A DNA stretch of 44,643 bases from Cercozoa sp. M6MM (Eukaryota; Protista; Endomyxa: Ascetosporea): the NCBI GenBank assembly GCA_040357565.1, contig JBDODJ010000086.1. One strand, written 5' to 3'. The stretch's first letter is position 1. Every line of letters begins with the position of its first letter. A program made the translations under genes and the position numbers. The notes below the pieces were generated by a model. It worked only from the letters and a program-made list of their open reading frames with translations, was not told where the DNA came from and did no database searches. Positions 1 through 11,690 of this stretch are shown one piece after another.

Positions 1-49
<49 letters not shown>
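1..49. repeat. (CT)n microsatellite, probably intronic
   Basis: Directly visible CT run upstream of the acceptor ...tactcgcag at 84. Confidence 0.9.
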
Positions 50-84
50 GAAAACCCATACTGTAATTCACCTTGTACTCGCAG

Positions 85-471
85 GCCTTTGTTCCACAAA
101 ATCGCGACATTCGGTCGTTCTTCTCTCGCCCGCCAAGCACTGACATTGAGGAGGTGCAAGACGATGCAGAGTCTGCGAACCATGTCGAGAACGACACGGA
201 ACCGCAGAAACAACGCACGACGAGCGAACGTGCAGCACTTCAGAGCGAGAACAAACCACACGACCCACAGCCGTCCGAGGAAGAAAAGCAAAACAGGACT
301 GACACGGACACTCAAGAGGCAGAGGCACAGCAGGCTGAAAACAACAAGCAGGAGGAGGAAGATGTGCGAGTGCTTGAACGTATCGCACAGCGTATCTATG
401 AACTCGACGATAGCGAACTCGACGCGGCGTTGCAACACTTTTTCGCGCAGCCGCGCTCAGTGATTTCTTAA
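85..471 (+). CDS. Terminal exon of a gene starting upstream of the window; acidic tail with PIP-box-like NRDIRSFF
   Basis: Open frame follows acceptor gcag(84); E/Q/D-rich; stop TAA at 469-471. Confidence 0.6.
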   Translation, partial: AFVPQNRDIRSFFSRPPSTDIEEVQDDAESANHVENDTEPQKQRTTSERAALQSENKPHDPQPSEEEKQNRTDTDTQEAEAQQAENNKQEEEDVRVLERIAQRIYELDDSELDAALQHFFAQPRSVIS

Positions 472-603
472 CAGATCTGGATGCAACGCAACGCAAGCAA
501 CGCAACGCAACTGCCTTGTTTTATGATTACAGTCGCAGTTCCGTTCAGTTCAGTTCAGTAGAAAAACGCGACGTAACGAATATAAATTTAAATCAAGGAA
601 TCA

Positions 604-1626
604 CTATTCAGGCGCTGCAGCGTTGGAGCCGAAAACACCGTGCAGGCCGGATTTTTGCCACAGCAGCGGGCCGTACTGGTAGAGAACACCGGAAATTAGC
701 GCACCAGCACCCACCAGGTGCGGCCTGCAAAAAACAAAAAATCCGGATAAAATACTGTGTGTTTGTTCAAAAGTGTTTGTCCAAAAAAGGCAGAACTGAC
801 AGCCAGTTGCGGCGCAGAAAGCCCCTGTAGGCGAAGCCTGTGCACAAAAGTCAGTCTAGGATACCCCGAAACAGTCCCAAAGAGCTAAACACAGACTTTT
901 GTCGTACCAATAGCCATCGAGGAGAAAGAAACGAGCCAGACTTGCGGCGGCAGCGACAGAGTCACTGACGTCAGCACGAAACTCTCCAGCCACCTGATGA
1001 AGCAGTCAAAGAAAAAATCATACCTGAAACAAAAGTCAGTTGTTGCTGTGTGGTACTTTGGATCAGCGTGCGGAAAGTAGAACTTGAATGATGCATCCAG
1101 CTTGCCCAGCATATCTCGTGCCACATCCTGCAGGGAACAAAAAGGATCAAAGATTAAAGAAGAAGCGAAACCCAAAGAAGCCAAACACACCGACTTGTTG
1201 ACAAAGTTGCGGAACGGTTCGATGGCAACGTTGTGCATGAACGCCCATGAGGTCATAAACACCGACCACTGCATCACTTCTGACTCTCAAGGAAGGAACA
1301 CTCAAGGAAGAAGGAAGCAACACTACCGACACGGTGTTGCTGGTCAACATGACGCACGCAAAATCGTAGCCATCGAATTTTTTCACGGTTGGCGCCATCC
1401 GTTGCAGCATCGGAAACCTGCTGCTCTGTGGAGAGAAGGGGCGGGGGCGGGGTAAGGAGGGTTCAAACATGCATCCTCTGCCTGCACTTCCAACAACAAA
1501 CGAAGCGTACCTCCAATCGGCGCACAAAGCGCTCACGGATCGCAGCCTGAAGGCAAAGTACATGTACAGCTTGAACAGCCAGATTATTTTCCGACAGCGC
1601 AGATCGCCAAAATAGATTACCAGCAT
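604..1626 (-). CDS. Small multi-exon hydrophobic protein, possibly a mitochondrial membrane protein
   Basis: GT-AG splicing gives ML|AAIRERFVRRLE|SSRFPMLQRM...FACVMLTSNTVS|WSVFMTSWAF...WLESFVLTSVTLSLPPQVWLVSFSSMAI|GFAYRGF...GAGALISGVLYQYGPLLW...*; Arg-rich N-terminus. Confidence 0.55.
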
Positions 1627-1883
1627 CCGGTTTCGAAATACTGTGCGGCCCGATGCAGCTAATAAGGGGGCCTTTCTACAGAATGGTACGTCCACACACA
1701 CCGGCTCACAGCCTAAAGTGCGGTGCGGAGGCTTTCACCCCAACTTCCGTTTCAAGTTCCAGAATTTATGTTTATCGTTCGTTTCCATCGAGGGAGCTGT
1801 CAGTTATGAGAACGGTAAATTAAGCCACGAGAATGCAATCCGAGGTCAGTGGGAAGCGACGACGGCGTGAAACTTAGGCATTG

Positions 1884-4746
1884 TTAGGCATTGTCGACGC
1901 GCACGGGACGTGAAAGCACGATGTAGCCGTTCTTGGTGAGCGCGTAATCCACGCTCGCCTGCCAAAAGCACCAGCAGAACACATGATCGGGAGAAGCTTT
2001 AGGTGAGCAAAAGTCACCTCGGTGTGGAACTCTACGAAGCCAGCGCCGTCGAACTCGCCCGTGTCCTTGTTGTGAACCCTGCATCAACGACCGTATCACA
2101 CACGCGCTAATTACGAAACGAGTCCCGGGCTAAAACTACCAGCGGATCTCCTTGATGTCATTGGCGACTTTCTCTGCAGAAAAATACAGAAAATCGACAA
2201 CAGCCGAAATCCACAAGAACAATTAAACTGTGGCCGAATGGGTACCAAACAGCGTGTAGATGTGATTGTCGTTGATGTTGTAGTCGAGATTGCCCAAAAA
2301 GACTGTGGTCTCGTAGCCTGGCCTTCTTTCCTGCAGGGCCAGCGAATTTTGGTACATTCGACGTTTTTTCCAAATCCAGGCTACTTGCAAAAAAAGAGTA
2401 CACGCTGCGGCTTCAGCATGATCCAGTGATGCGCAGGCGCGCGCGTTTGTTGCCTACACAAAGCACACAGACGATAATGAAAAAAGGCAGGTATGACAAC
2501 ATGACACGGGTCAGGAGGAGGAAACGCACGCTGAGGTCTTGGCCGGCCGCACCTTCATGGGCCGCTTGCCGCACAAACGTCCGTTGAGCTTGAGCGCCAA
2601 CAACGCGCTCTGCACACGGTCGGTGTTTCTTGTACTCATCAAGGCTTGCAGTACAACACGTTGCGTGGGAGTAACACACCTCAGGGTCGGCGAATGACAC
2701 AAAGGTGCTGCCGTAGAATCGGCCAGTGTCGGTGTCCTTGACCCAGTGCACGTTGATCACTTCGCCTGTTGGAATGTTTTATTATAATCAGATCAATAAA
2801 CTCAAAAGGTCCAGTCAAGTCAAATCAAGTCAAGGTCAAGTCAAGTCAAGTCAAATCAAATCAAGTCAAGTTAAGAAAGTACCTGCCGAAGAGACCGCTT
2901 CGATGAGCTGTTCTTCTGTCACTTGCAGTGGCAAGTTGCCCACTGCACATCCAAAACTGCGTTATCCCCTTCTTCTCCGCACCCTCTTTGCCCCTTACCA
3001 AAGACGCGGTAGCCCTGCGACGACGTCACCGTCGACTTGTCAGCAGCGATCGTTTCGCCTTCGGCCTCCTCGGCGGCCTCGTCGCCCTGAGCATCGACAC
3101 GTGCAGTACCTGCCCTCCACAAGCTTCTTCACACCGAAAGAGTACCTGCATCTGCGCGCGACGTTGCGCGTACGTGAGCGGCATCTTGTTGCCCTGCAGC
3201 GATGCAAGATTCCAGCAGGGTAACAGGGGTAAAAAGGGGGGGTAAAGAGGGAGGTAAACAGGAGGTAAACAGGGGGTAAAGAGGGGTAAAGGGAGGGAGA
3301 TAAACAGGGGGGTAAAGGCTACCGATCCTCTCCACGCGGACTCATCGTCGTCGTTCTCTTCGGCGGCAGCGTCGTCCTTCCAGCGCTGCTGCTGCTCCAC
3401 GTGCTGCTGCTCGGCCGCTTTGATGTTGGCCGCTGCCATGAGGGGTAGGGGGTAGGGGTAGGGGTAGGGAGTAGGGAGGGTAAACAAGGCCAGGAAGGAA
3501 GTAGAGTGGCCGTACTGCGCAGAGGTGGGCCCGTCATGACGACCTTGTACTTTTTCGCCGGCGGCTCTTGCACTTCCTCCTCGTCCTCGTCCTCTTCCTC
3601 CTCGTCCTCTTCCTCATCATCGCTGTCGCTCGAGTCGCTGTCGCTGTCACTCGAGTCAGAAGAGTCAGACTCGCTGTCTTCATCCTGCACAGCAAAGATG
3701 TCTCGACTCAACTCACAAAGCTGTCTCCACTCAAAGCGTTCTCAACTCAAAACGTTTTCCAGCCAAAGCATTTCACGCAAAGCTTTCGCGAAAGCAAAGC
3801 TCACCTTCATCGCAGCATCAGCAGCAACACTCTTTTCGGTCTCTTCGGCGCTGCTCTCGCTCGACTCACCATCGTCGCTTGAGTCGCTCGAGTCATCGCT
3901 ACTCGAATCGCTATTGCTATCGCCATCGCTATCGCTATCGCTATCGCTATCGCTATCGCTATCGCCATCGCTATCGCTATCGCTATCGCTATCGCTATCG
4001 CTATCGCTGTCGCTCGAGTCGCTCACTTCCTGTTCGTCCTGCATCTTCTCTGCCTCGACCGCAGCAGGCGCAGCAGTTTCCGTCGACTTGCTTTCGTCGC
4101 TACTCGAGTCGTCGCTTTCGTCGCTACTCGAGTCATCGCTTTCGTCGCTACTCGAGTCGTCGCTTTCGCTCGAGTCGTCGCTTTCGTCGCTGCTCGAAGC
4201 TGCTTCGTCGTTCGAGTTCGACGAGTCGGTGGCTTCGGTTTCGGGTGTAGCGGCAGCTTGCTCGACCGAAGGCTGCGGCGTTTCGCTATCGCACGGCGCC
4301 GAAGCTGTCGACGGCTGCTCGAGCTGCGGCAGCGGACGCCCCTGCGAGAGCTTGGGCAGCGAAACAGGCGAAACGGTGGGAGCTTCAGTCGAAGTTTGCG
4401 AAGACTTGGCGGGCACTGTCGCGGCGCCCTTTTTCTTCAGTTCGCGGCGACGCGCGCGCACCAGACGACGGTGCTTGGCGACTTGCTCCGCGTGCGGCTG
4501 CTTTCGCAGAGCACTTTGCGCCGCTTTCTCCAAGTCAGCGTCCTCGAAAGCCGAAGAGTCGCCGTCGCTTTCGTTGTCTGCCGAACATGCAGATCAAAAT
4601 CACACTCCAAATGCACATATCAAAAAGCAGAGAAAAAGCAACAAAGCACCGCCGAAATCCTCGCCATCGATCAACCAGTCAAAGAAATTCGATGCATCTC
4701 GGTCCACAGCAGGCTCACTCAGCGCCGCTAGCAGTCGCGCAACCAT
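1884..4746 (-). CDS. Nucleolin/Nsr1/Gar2-like RNA-binding protein with Ser/Asp tracts and two RRMs
   Basis: Long (SD)n/SSDE tracts; NLS-like PPAKKYK; RRM1 RVFVGNLPLQVTEEQL...DTGRFYGSTFVSFAD; RRM2 TVFLGNLDYNINDNHI...DTGEFDGAGFVEFHTE...LSRPVRVDNA*. Confidence 0.8.
3900..4195 (-). repeat. Coding (GATAGC)n = (DS)n hexamer and 24-nt SSSDESDD repeats
   Basis: Visible tandem gctatc and ctttcgtcgctactcgagtc units. Confidence 0.9.
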
Positions 4747-4980
4747 GACTACAGCCCGACACGCACACCGAGAGTCTTGGGGACTGTGTCAAAATCTCTG
4801 ACTACAAATGCTGGCTACACTGGGGCTCGCGCTGCCTTTGAGACAGCGTGAGAGCGAGTAGTCGTGTTTTACTGTAGAGTGCGCGCAGTCATGAGCTCAG
4901 AAAGTCTACGATGTGCGTTTTTGAATCAGACAGATGATGGACTTGTATCTATTTGTTGACTGGGACTGAGTGCAGCAGCA

Positions 4981-5427
4981 ATGCCCGTCGTGGAGGAGGG
5001 CAAGTACATTGTGCTGCACTACGGCACGAGCGGTCGGTCGATCATCAAGCTGCAGGCTGGTGGCAAGCTGAACCTCGGCAAGCGACTCACGGTGGACGGC
5101 ACGCCGCTCGTTGGTCAGCCGTTCGGCACTCTGTTCCGCGCGGAACGCGACTCTGGCACACTGGCTCGTGTGCCGATCGATGAGGTATTAGAATTGTTGG
5201 AATTTACATTCTCCCCTTTACTCCCTTTTACCCCCCCCCCCCCCCCCAGGAGCTGGCGCTATCGCGTGAGACAGAGCTGATCGACAGCGAGGGCGACATT
5301 GCGACGCAGGCGCAGACTCAGCGCGGACTGGCGACGAATCAGGTACTCAGACACTGTGTCCTTGTCCTGTACTTGTACTGTCCTTGTCCTGTACTTGTCC
5401 TGTCCTTGTCCTGTCCTTGTCTGTACT

Positions 5428-5490
<63 letters not shown>

Positions 5491-7037
5491 NNNNNNNNNN
5501 NNNNNNNNNNNNNNNNNNNNNNNNNNNNNNNNNNNNNNNNNNNNNNNNNNNNNNNNNNNNNNNNNNNNNNNNNNNNNNNNNNNNNNNNNNTGTGTGGTGT
5601 GTAGTACTTGCGCAAGAAGAGGGCCAAGTACATCACGTATGTGCGTGCCATGCAACCGACGACGCACTCGTTGCACGACGCTCTGTGGATCACCAAGGTT
5701 CTTCCTTCCCTCTACCCCTCCCAACCTTTAGCCTACCCTTTGCTCTCTACACTTTACCCCTTCCCCCACCTTACCCTAGGCGAACCGAATCCTCGGCATG
5801 CGACACGACTCGTTGGCGCAGATGCTCGCGTTTGCCGACTTGAGGCCTGGTACTCTTTCGTGTATGGTCATGAGGTTGCTTCGAATGACACGTGCCAACC
5901 CAGGAGCGACCGATCACAGCGGACCGACTGTGCTCGTGGTGGACCACTGTCTCGGTCTGCTGACTGCGAGTGGTATTTATCCCCCCCCCCCTCCCTCCAT
6001 CACTACTTTTACTCCCCTCCGTAGTGGCCGAGAGGATGGCAGGAGCCGGCACGTTGGTGCACGTGCACTCTACTGCAGGTACACTTGCCTTGTCCTCAAT
6101 GAGATACTGTATCATTAGACCGTCTACTTATACTGTATCATTAGACCGTCTACTTTTACTGTATCATTAGACTGTATCATTAGACTGTATCATTGACCGA
6201 AATGCACAGGCCCGTCGCTAGACTCGGTGCGCTACCTGGGCGTGTCGCAGGAGAACCTGGTGACCTTCCCGATGAAGCACGTTGGCATGGCGCGCCACCT
6301 GGCACTCAGCAACGTCCGCGCGGACTTCTTGCGACCCGAGGAGCGTCTGTCACTGGCGCAGGCACTCTGACCCTTCTCGCCGTTTGGCTTCCTCTTGTAT
6401 TGTTACGTCACCCCTTGTGTAGATCACGGAGCAGCGTGAGTCGGCCAAGATGGAGGACACCACGGAGACCACGACCGAGGGGGAGACTCCCGCTGAGGCA
6501 AAGTCGTCGAACCGACTGCAGCAGTACCGCGACGTGGCCACCTTCTTGGGTCAGAAGAGCGATGCACTACTCGTGGCTGCGAGACACGAACCTTGCAGCT
6601 TCGTTCTGACCATGTTGGACCTGCTGGCGCCGGGCAGTCCTGTCGTTGTCTACAGTCAGACACTCGAGCCGCTGTCGCGCCTCCTGCTGCATCTGCGCGA
6701 TGAGAAACGCTGCGTCAACCTGCGACTCAGCGAAACGTGGTCGCGTTTCTACCAGGTGCTGCCGAACCGCACGCATCCCACCATGAACATGAGCGCCGAC
6801 AGCGGCTACCTGCTCACTGGCTACACGGTGCTCAACAACGCCGGGCCGCACAAACTGGCCGATGCCGAGGTGATCCGACCTTTGTCTCTCTCATGCCTGA
6901 TATGATACGTAAGTTGTGTTGACCGAGACTCTTTTGGGGCACAGAAGAAGCTAGCGCAGGCGAGTGTCTGTGCCGACATGGAGGAACCGCCCGCCAAACG
7001 TGCACGCACCGCTGCCGAGACTGAGACGTCCGAGTAA
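4981..7037 (+). CDS. TRM6: tRNA (adenine-58-N1)-methyltransferase non-catalytic subunit (Gcd10)
   Basis: LVGQPFG; YLRKKRAKY; ILGMRHDSLAQMLAFADLRPG; LVVDHCLGLL; VAERMAGAG; LRLSETWSRFYQVLPNRTHPTMNMSADSGYLLTG; interrupted by a 100-N gap. Confidence 0.93.
5357..5604 (+). repeat. Intronic GTCCTT-like repeat and (GT)n flanking an assembly gap
   Basis: Directly visible. Confidence 0.9.
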
Positions 7038-7377
7038 GCAACACGCGACGTGCACTGACTCGGGCATGCGACAGGGAGAACTGCACCGCTAGGCGTACGC
7101 GGGGCGTTCAAGCTCCCGTTTTCTTTTACGTTTAGTTCGATTATTGGGTACCTTGAAGTATCGTCCACAGTTTAGCCGCGCTAGCCGTGAGTGCAATGTG
7201 CACTAAACACTAAATTTGAGTCTTAGGGCCTAGTAATTGGGCTGGGGCAGTTCGATTAAATTCACTTTAAGTTCACGTCACCTATCTAGAACGGAAGTCG
7301 AGCGAATTGCCGGTTGGTCGGGCGACAGTAACTTTAAATTCAGTACCAGATCTACATGTGCAGCAGATCGAGGCGCG

Positions 7378-8107
7378 TCAGTGGTGTCGGTGGCGATGCG
7401 AACCTCCGCCGCCGGATGTGAGGATGCTGTAACCCTCTCCCAACAGTGCCAGCACGCAGAACAGTGCAAAGCAAATGACGAATGTCAACTTGGCTATGCG
7501 AATCTTTCGCTTGATGCGCGACAGGTGTTTGCCATCCCTACAGTACCCGAGCACCAATCATTGATTGATGGATGGAAGATAGTCTTAACTGCCACCCAAA
7601 AGAAAGCAACTTACGGAGCACTCTTCGCGTGCAACAAACGTCGGCACTTTTTGCGAGCCACGGCTGCCTGGAACGCGCCGTACAGCGTCGGCCAACAGCA
7701 GCATAAAAAGCAAAAGAGGCCATGGATGATCTGCGTCGAGATTTGAACAGTCACTTACTGTAGTATTTTATAGGATCACTACGATGCAGTACTTTTACCA
7801 TCCACAGTTGCGCTTGGAACTTCAGGATGAGAACCTGCTCTCGCGGCGACATCTTGCTGAGACTCGAGTCGCTGGCTTCCTCGTCCGTGTCACTGCTGCT
7901 GCTGCTACTGCTGCTGTTAGAGTTGCTCTTCGAACTACCGCTTGAAGTGGTAGAAGATTTTTTCGCTCTTGCCGCGGCCTCTTCCTCTTCGTATCGATAT
8001 GCATCCCGATCACGGTTGGTGACTCGGCGCTCTTCGTGTCTCTCTTGAGTCTCTTCGCGACGGTACTCATACGAACCGGTTTCGATGTCGCCACGCTGTT
8101 CATTCAT
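7378..8107 (-). CDS. CD225/dispanin (IFITM/PRRT2-like) membrane protein, 3 exons
   Basis: Spliced: ...QAQLWM|IIHGLFCFLCCCWPTLYGAFQAAVARKKCRRLLHAKSAP|DGKHLSRIKRKIRIAKLTFVICFALFCVLALLGEGYSILTSGGGGSHRHRHH*; both introns GT-AG and phase-consistent. Confidence 0.7.
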
Positions 8108-9070
8108 GCTGATACATGTGCAGAAAGCTCAGTCGGTTCTTCCTTCAAGCTTGACTCGAATGAGTCGCCGAAAACACTGTACGCCTGCGTTCTCACGGAC
8201 TTTCGTCAAGAGTTGATGGAAATCTCGAGTCTCGACAAACGACACCTTAAGTTGAATCAAGTAAATCACTAGACCTCAGTAAACTAGAGTCTCTGGCAAG
8301 CTTCGGATAGTTGACAAGTTGGTTAGTTTGCAGAGAGTCGGTTTATTTTAAAATTACCTACGGGAACTCGGACATTCGCAAAGCACTCGAAACTCACACC
8401 CGCACATCACAGGGACCCAGCATTCGTTCGCAGTGTGCCAACGCAGTCGATAGCAAGTCAGGCAGAGACGTGGGCGAGCTTACTCCTGTTGGTGCTAGCC
8501 GGGTGTGCTCAGCCTGGGGAGTTTTCCGAGACTCGTTCAGCAAAGCGCGAGGCTCAGTCTACCTCTGAGCACAATCTGGGGTGCTCACGCTGAGCTCTAT
8601 TGGTGTCTGGTGCACGCATTCGCTTCTTAGCCTGTGAGTTTATCTTCTGTGGTTTCGGTGTGAATCTGGCGTTTTTTGATCGACTGTTCCTGAAAATGCA
8701 AAAAATCCAGCACATATGCAACGATCTCCCGTGTGCGTAGCGTATCGCCTACTCGACATACATACACGTAGTGGGGCTAGCGCACGCACGCGTCAAGTGC
8801 TTTGAGGTATAGACGTTTACGAACGGTTGATCTTGCAGTGTGGTCAACTGGCAGCTCTGGGTGTGCACGTGCAACACCAATGGGCTGGTATTGAGTGCCA
8901 CACGTGGCAGTGGGCTGCTGATCACGCACTTACTGCGCGGACGGCATTTTGCATTTTTCTGTCGAAATGTGTTCAGAACAACTGCCTGGCTTTTCCGCGT
9001 TTTTTTTGTTTTTTTGTTTCATGATGATTTGGTTGCTTTGTGTGCTTTCCCGGCGCAGACAAGCCAAATT

Positions 9071-11573
9071 ATGTCGCACAACAAAACTTCGATCACGGTG
9101 CGATCGAACGAGATCAAGTGGGCCACGGCGCCACCGAGCGGTCCTCCGTCTCAACCAGCAGCAGGTCTCGATCACACCGCATCAACGTCTGTCGCGCCTC
9201 TGATGCACGCGCTTCCGCGCGGAGTGGCGCCGCCACCTGTCCCTCCCGCCATCGCACTCACACATTCGGTAGGCTCGCATACTATACAGTCAAAGCTCGT
9301 GTTAGCCAACTTATCCCTTGGGACTAATTTAAGTTTATTTACATTTAGGTGCGACAACCAGTACCGACGCTGCAGTTCCTCGTGCAGCCGTCGCAAAGAC
9401 CCTCGCTACGGCCGATCGTTCAGTCGGCACACTCGCAGGCAAAACAGTCCGTGCAACCGTCGTGGACTGCAGTTCCTGCTCCTCTGCGCTCAGCAGTCAC
9501 TGGTAGAGAGACACTTCACAACTTTTAAAAAAAGGAACTGACTCGTTTGGCTCGATCTTCAAGGTGGAGTTGCCATCCCTGTCACCAAGCCCGGAAGTGT
9601 TCAAATTCGCCAAAGCGATGAGTTGCGAAAGCTCGCACAGCACCACTTTTTCGGCGACGGCACGATTCGAAAGGTCTGTTTTTTTTTTGAGTTGTTTCTT
9701 CGGTTGATAGATTCGCAAGTCAACGCTGGGCTTTGTTTAAACTTACTTTTGACTTGCAGGCCACAGTTTTGGAAGGCCCGAGAATCGCGAAAGGTTTACA
9801 CACTCTTAAACGGTAATTGTATTGCACAATTAGTACTTGCCTTCATCCTACAGTGCCATTAAACGCGATGCCAGCGGAAGTGATTCAAGCAACTGCCCCA
9901 CCTGCCGCGCGGAAATTGCGAAAACGACGACGCCGAAACGGCGACGCCGATGTCACAACAGCCATAACGCTCCCGGATGAGTTAGGTGCGTTTCAATTGA
10001 CTGTATTTACATTGATTTTCAATTGCTTTTTCCCCAGTTTTCACTAAAAAGGAGAAAATCCGGCCGCAAGCGGTTCTGCGCAACTACACTCGGGTATCTT
10101 CAGTTGTAGTTTATCGCCCAATGACCTGAGTAGTTCTGTTGGTGTTTTAGGTCACAAGATCACGGCGTTCAAGTGTGTTCACTCCAAACACAAGAAAATG
10201 ATGCTTTACTTAAGTCATTCAACTGTGTTGATATTAACAGAACAAGAGGCAGAAGATGAGACCTATCGGTCTGCGTCGCCTCCTCTCACACGTGCATCGG
10301 TAACTACCAGTTATGTTGCACGCTGTACACACAACGCTTGTTTCTTGACAGAGAGGACGGAATAAGCGCGGACCGAAACGACGCCGTGGCCGACAGCCAC
10401 CCTCCGTACGTTTTCTCGCTGCACTAGTCAAATACAAACATTGTTTTGTGTGCCCTGAATTTAGTTGCCTCCACTGGAAGCAATAGCGACTCATGCCATG
10501 AGCGATGATGACTTTGCGCAAGGTTAGTTTTTCGGCACACTCACTGAAACTTAGTTCTAAATTTATGTTGTTCGTGCTGTCGTTCTGTAGCTGCTCATCG
10601 AGCTTTCTGCCACCGCGTCCGGTTGTCTCGATTCGTCGATCCCGGTGAGTTTCTGTCAAACTGAAACTGACTCGTACTGCGCTCACGCACACTGTGTTGT
10701 ACACCAGAGGCGAGCGAGGGCGACTTGGAAAAGATCAACAAAAACATCTGCGATCTTGATGGCGTGCTTCCAGTCATTCAGCAGCAAGTAAGTTCGCATT
10801 TATATACTATACTGTATAAATGGCTCATTCAATTCTCTCGTTGTTTTTTCAGAGATTGGTGTGGCGAAATCGTGCTTACGTCCCTGGCAGTACATTTAAA
10901 TTACTCAGTTGCAGACGAGCAGTTGATTCAAATTGAATGACTGATTTAACGTGCACATTCACAGGTGTCGTACAACTGCATCACTCCACTGGCTGGAGTC
11001 GCCTAGCCATGATTGAGCGAGTCGAGGCAGATACGGTATGTTTGATTCGCCTTCGGTTCACAGTCAACAGAACTGTCAAACTTGCACACTCAGGTTCACT
11101 TCCGTGTCTTCTTTGCCAAAAATGGCGATGAGCGATTATCGATGCCTCTGCCGTATCGCACATTCTTAAGAACTACTTTCCAAAAGTACTGTCTGTCTTG
11201 GGTTGGCAGAGAACTACGCTCCGGTCGTGTTCGACTGGCCGCTGAAGCACCGGACACTTTCGCCCAGCAGGTAAATCTGAGTGTGCACTAACGCAGAGCT
11301 GTTTATGCTGAACTTTCTGACTCGCAGTTGGGCGTGGTGTTTGCCGACGCCATCTCAAAACATCAGCAGAAGCAAGTGCCACAGCGTGAGCCAAGTCAAC
11401 AAGAGTCGCCGGTACCGTCAAATTCGTCCGCAGGCACCAGTTCTTCGAACTCGAACTCGAATTCTTCGCAACCGTCAACGCCACTGCAGCAGCGTGTGAT
11501 TACCCGGCCACAACCAACGGTGGCGCTGACGCCAGTACAAAGGCAGCAACCGGCAGTCGCAAGTGCACAATAG
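9071..11573 (+). CDS. Multi-exon hypothetical protein with Pro/Gln-rich ends and basic NLS-like clusters
   Basis: Regular short introns; exons MSHNKTS...PPPVPP, RKLRKRRRR, KRGPKRRRGR, QQRVITRPQP...ASAQ*; no recognised domain. Confidence 0.55.
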
Positions 11574-11690
11574 GTTGATACGAGATGCGACATAATTTGA
11601 CAGTCGTTCAGACTGTCCAATACGATAGTAGCAGCGTACGTGCTAAGTGAGTGAGGTTACTGGACGGCAGCTGTCAACGCTGGGAGCAGC

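Noticed and set aside
3506-4801. 431-aa Ser/Leu-rich ORF on the + strand
   Set aside because: Antisense shadow of the (SD)n-coding nucleolin-like gene
8618-8640. TCGCTTCTTAGCCT resembles the 5' end of U2 snRNA
   Set aside because: No GGCTAAGATCA or GTGTAGTA branch-recognition sequence follows
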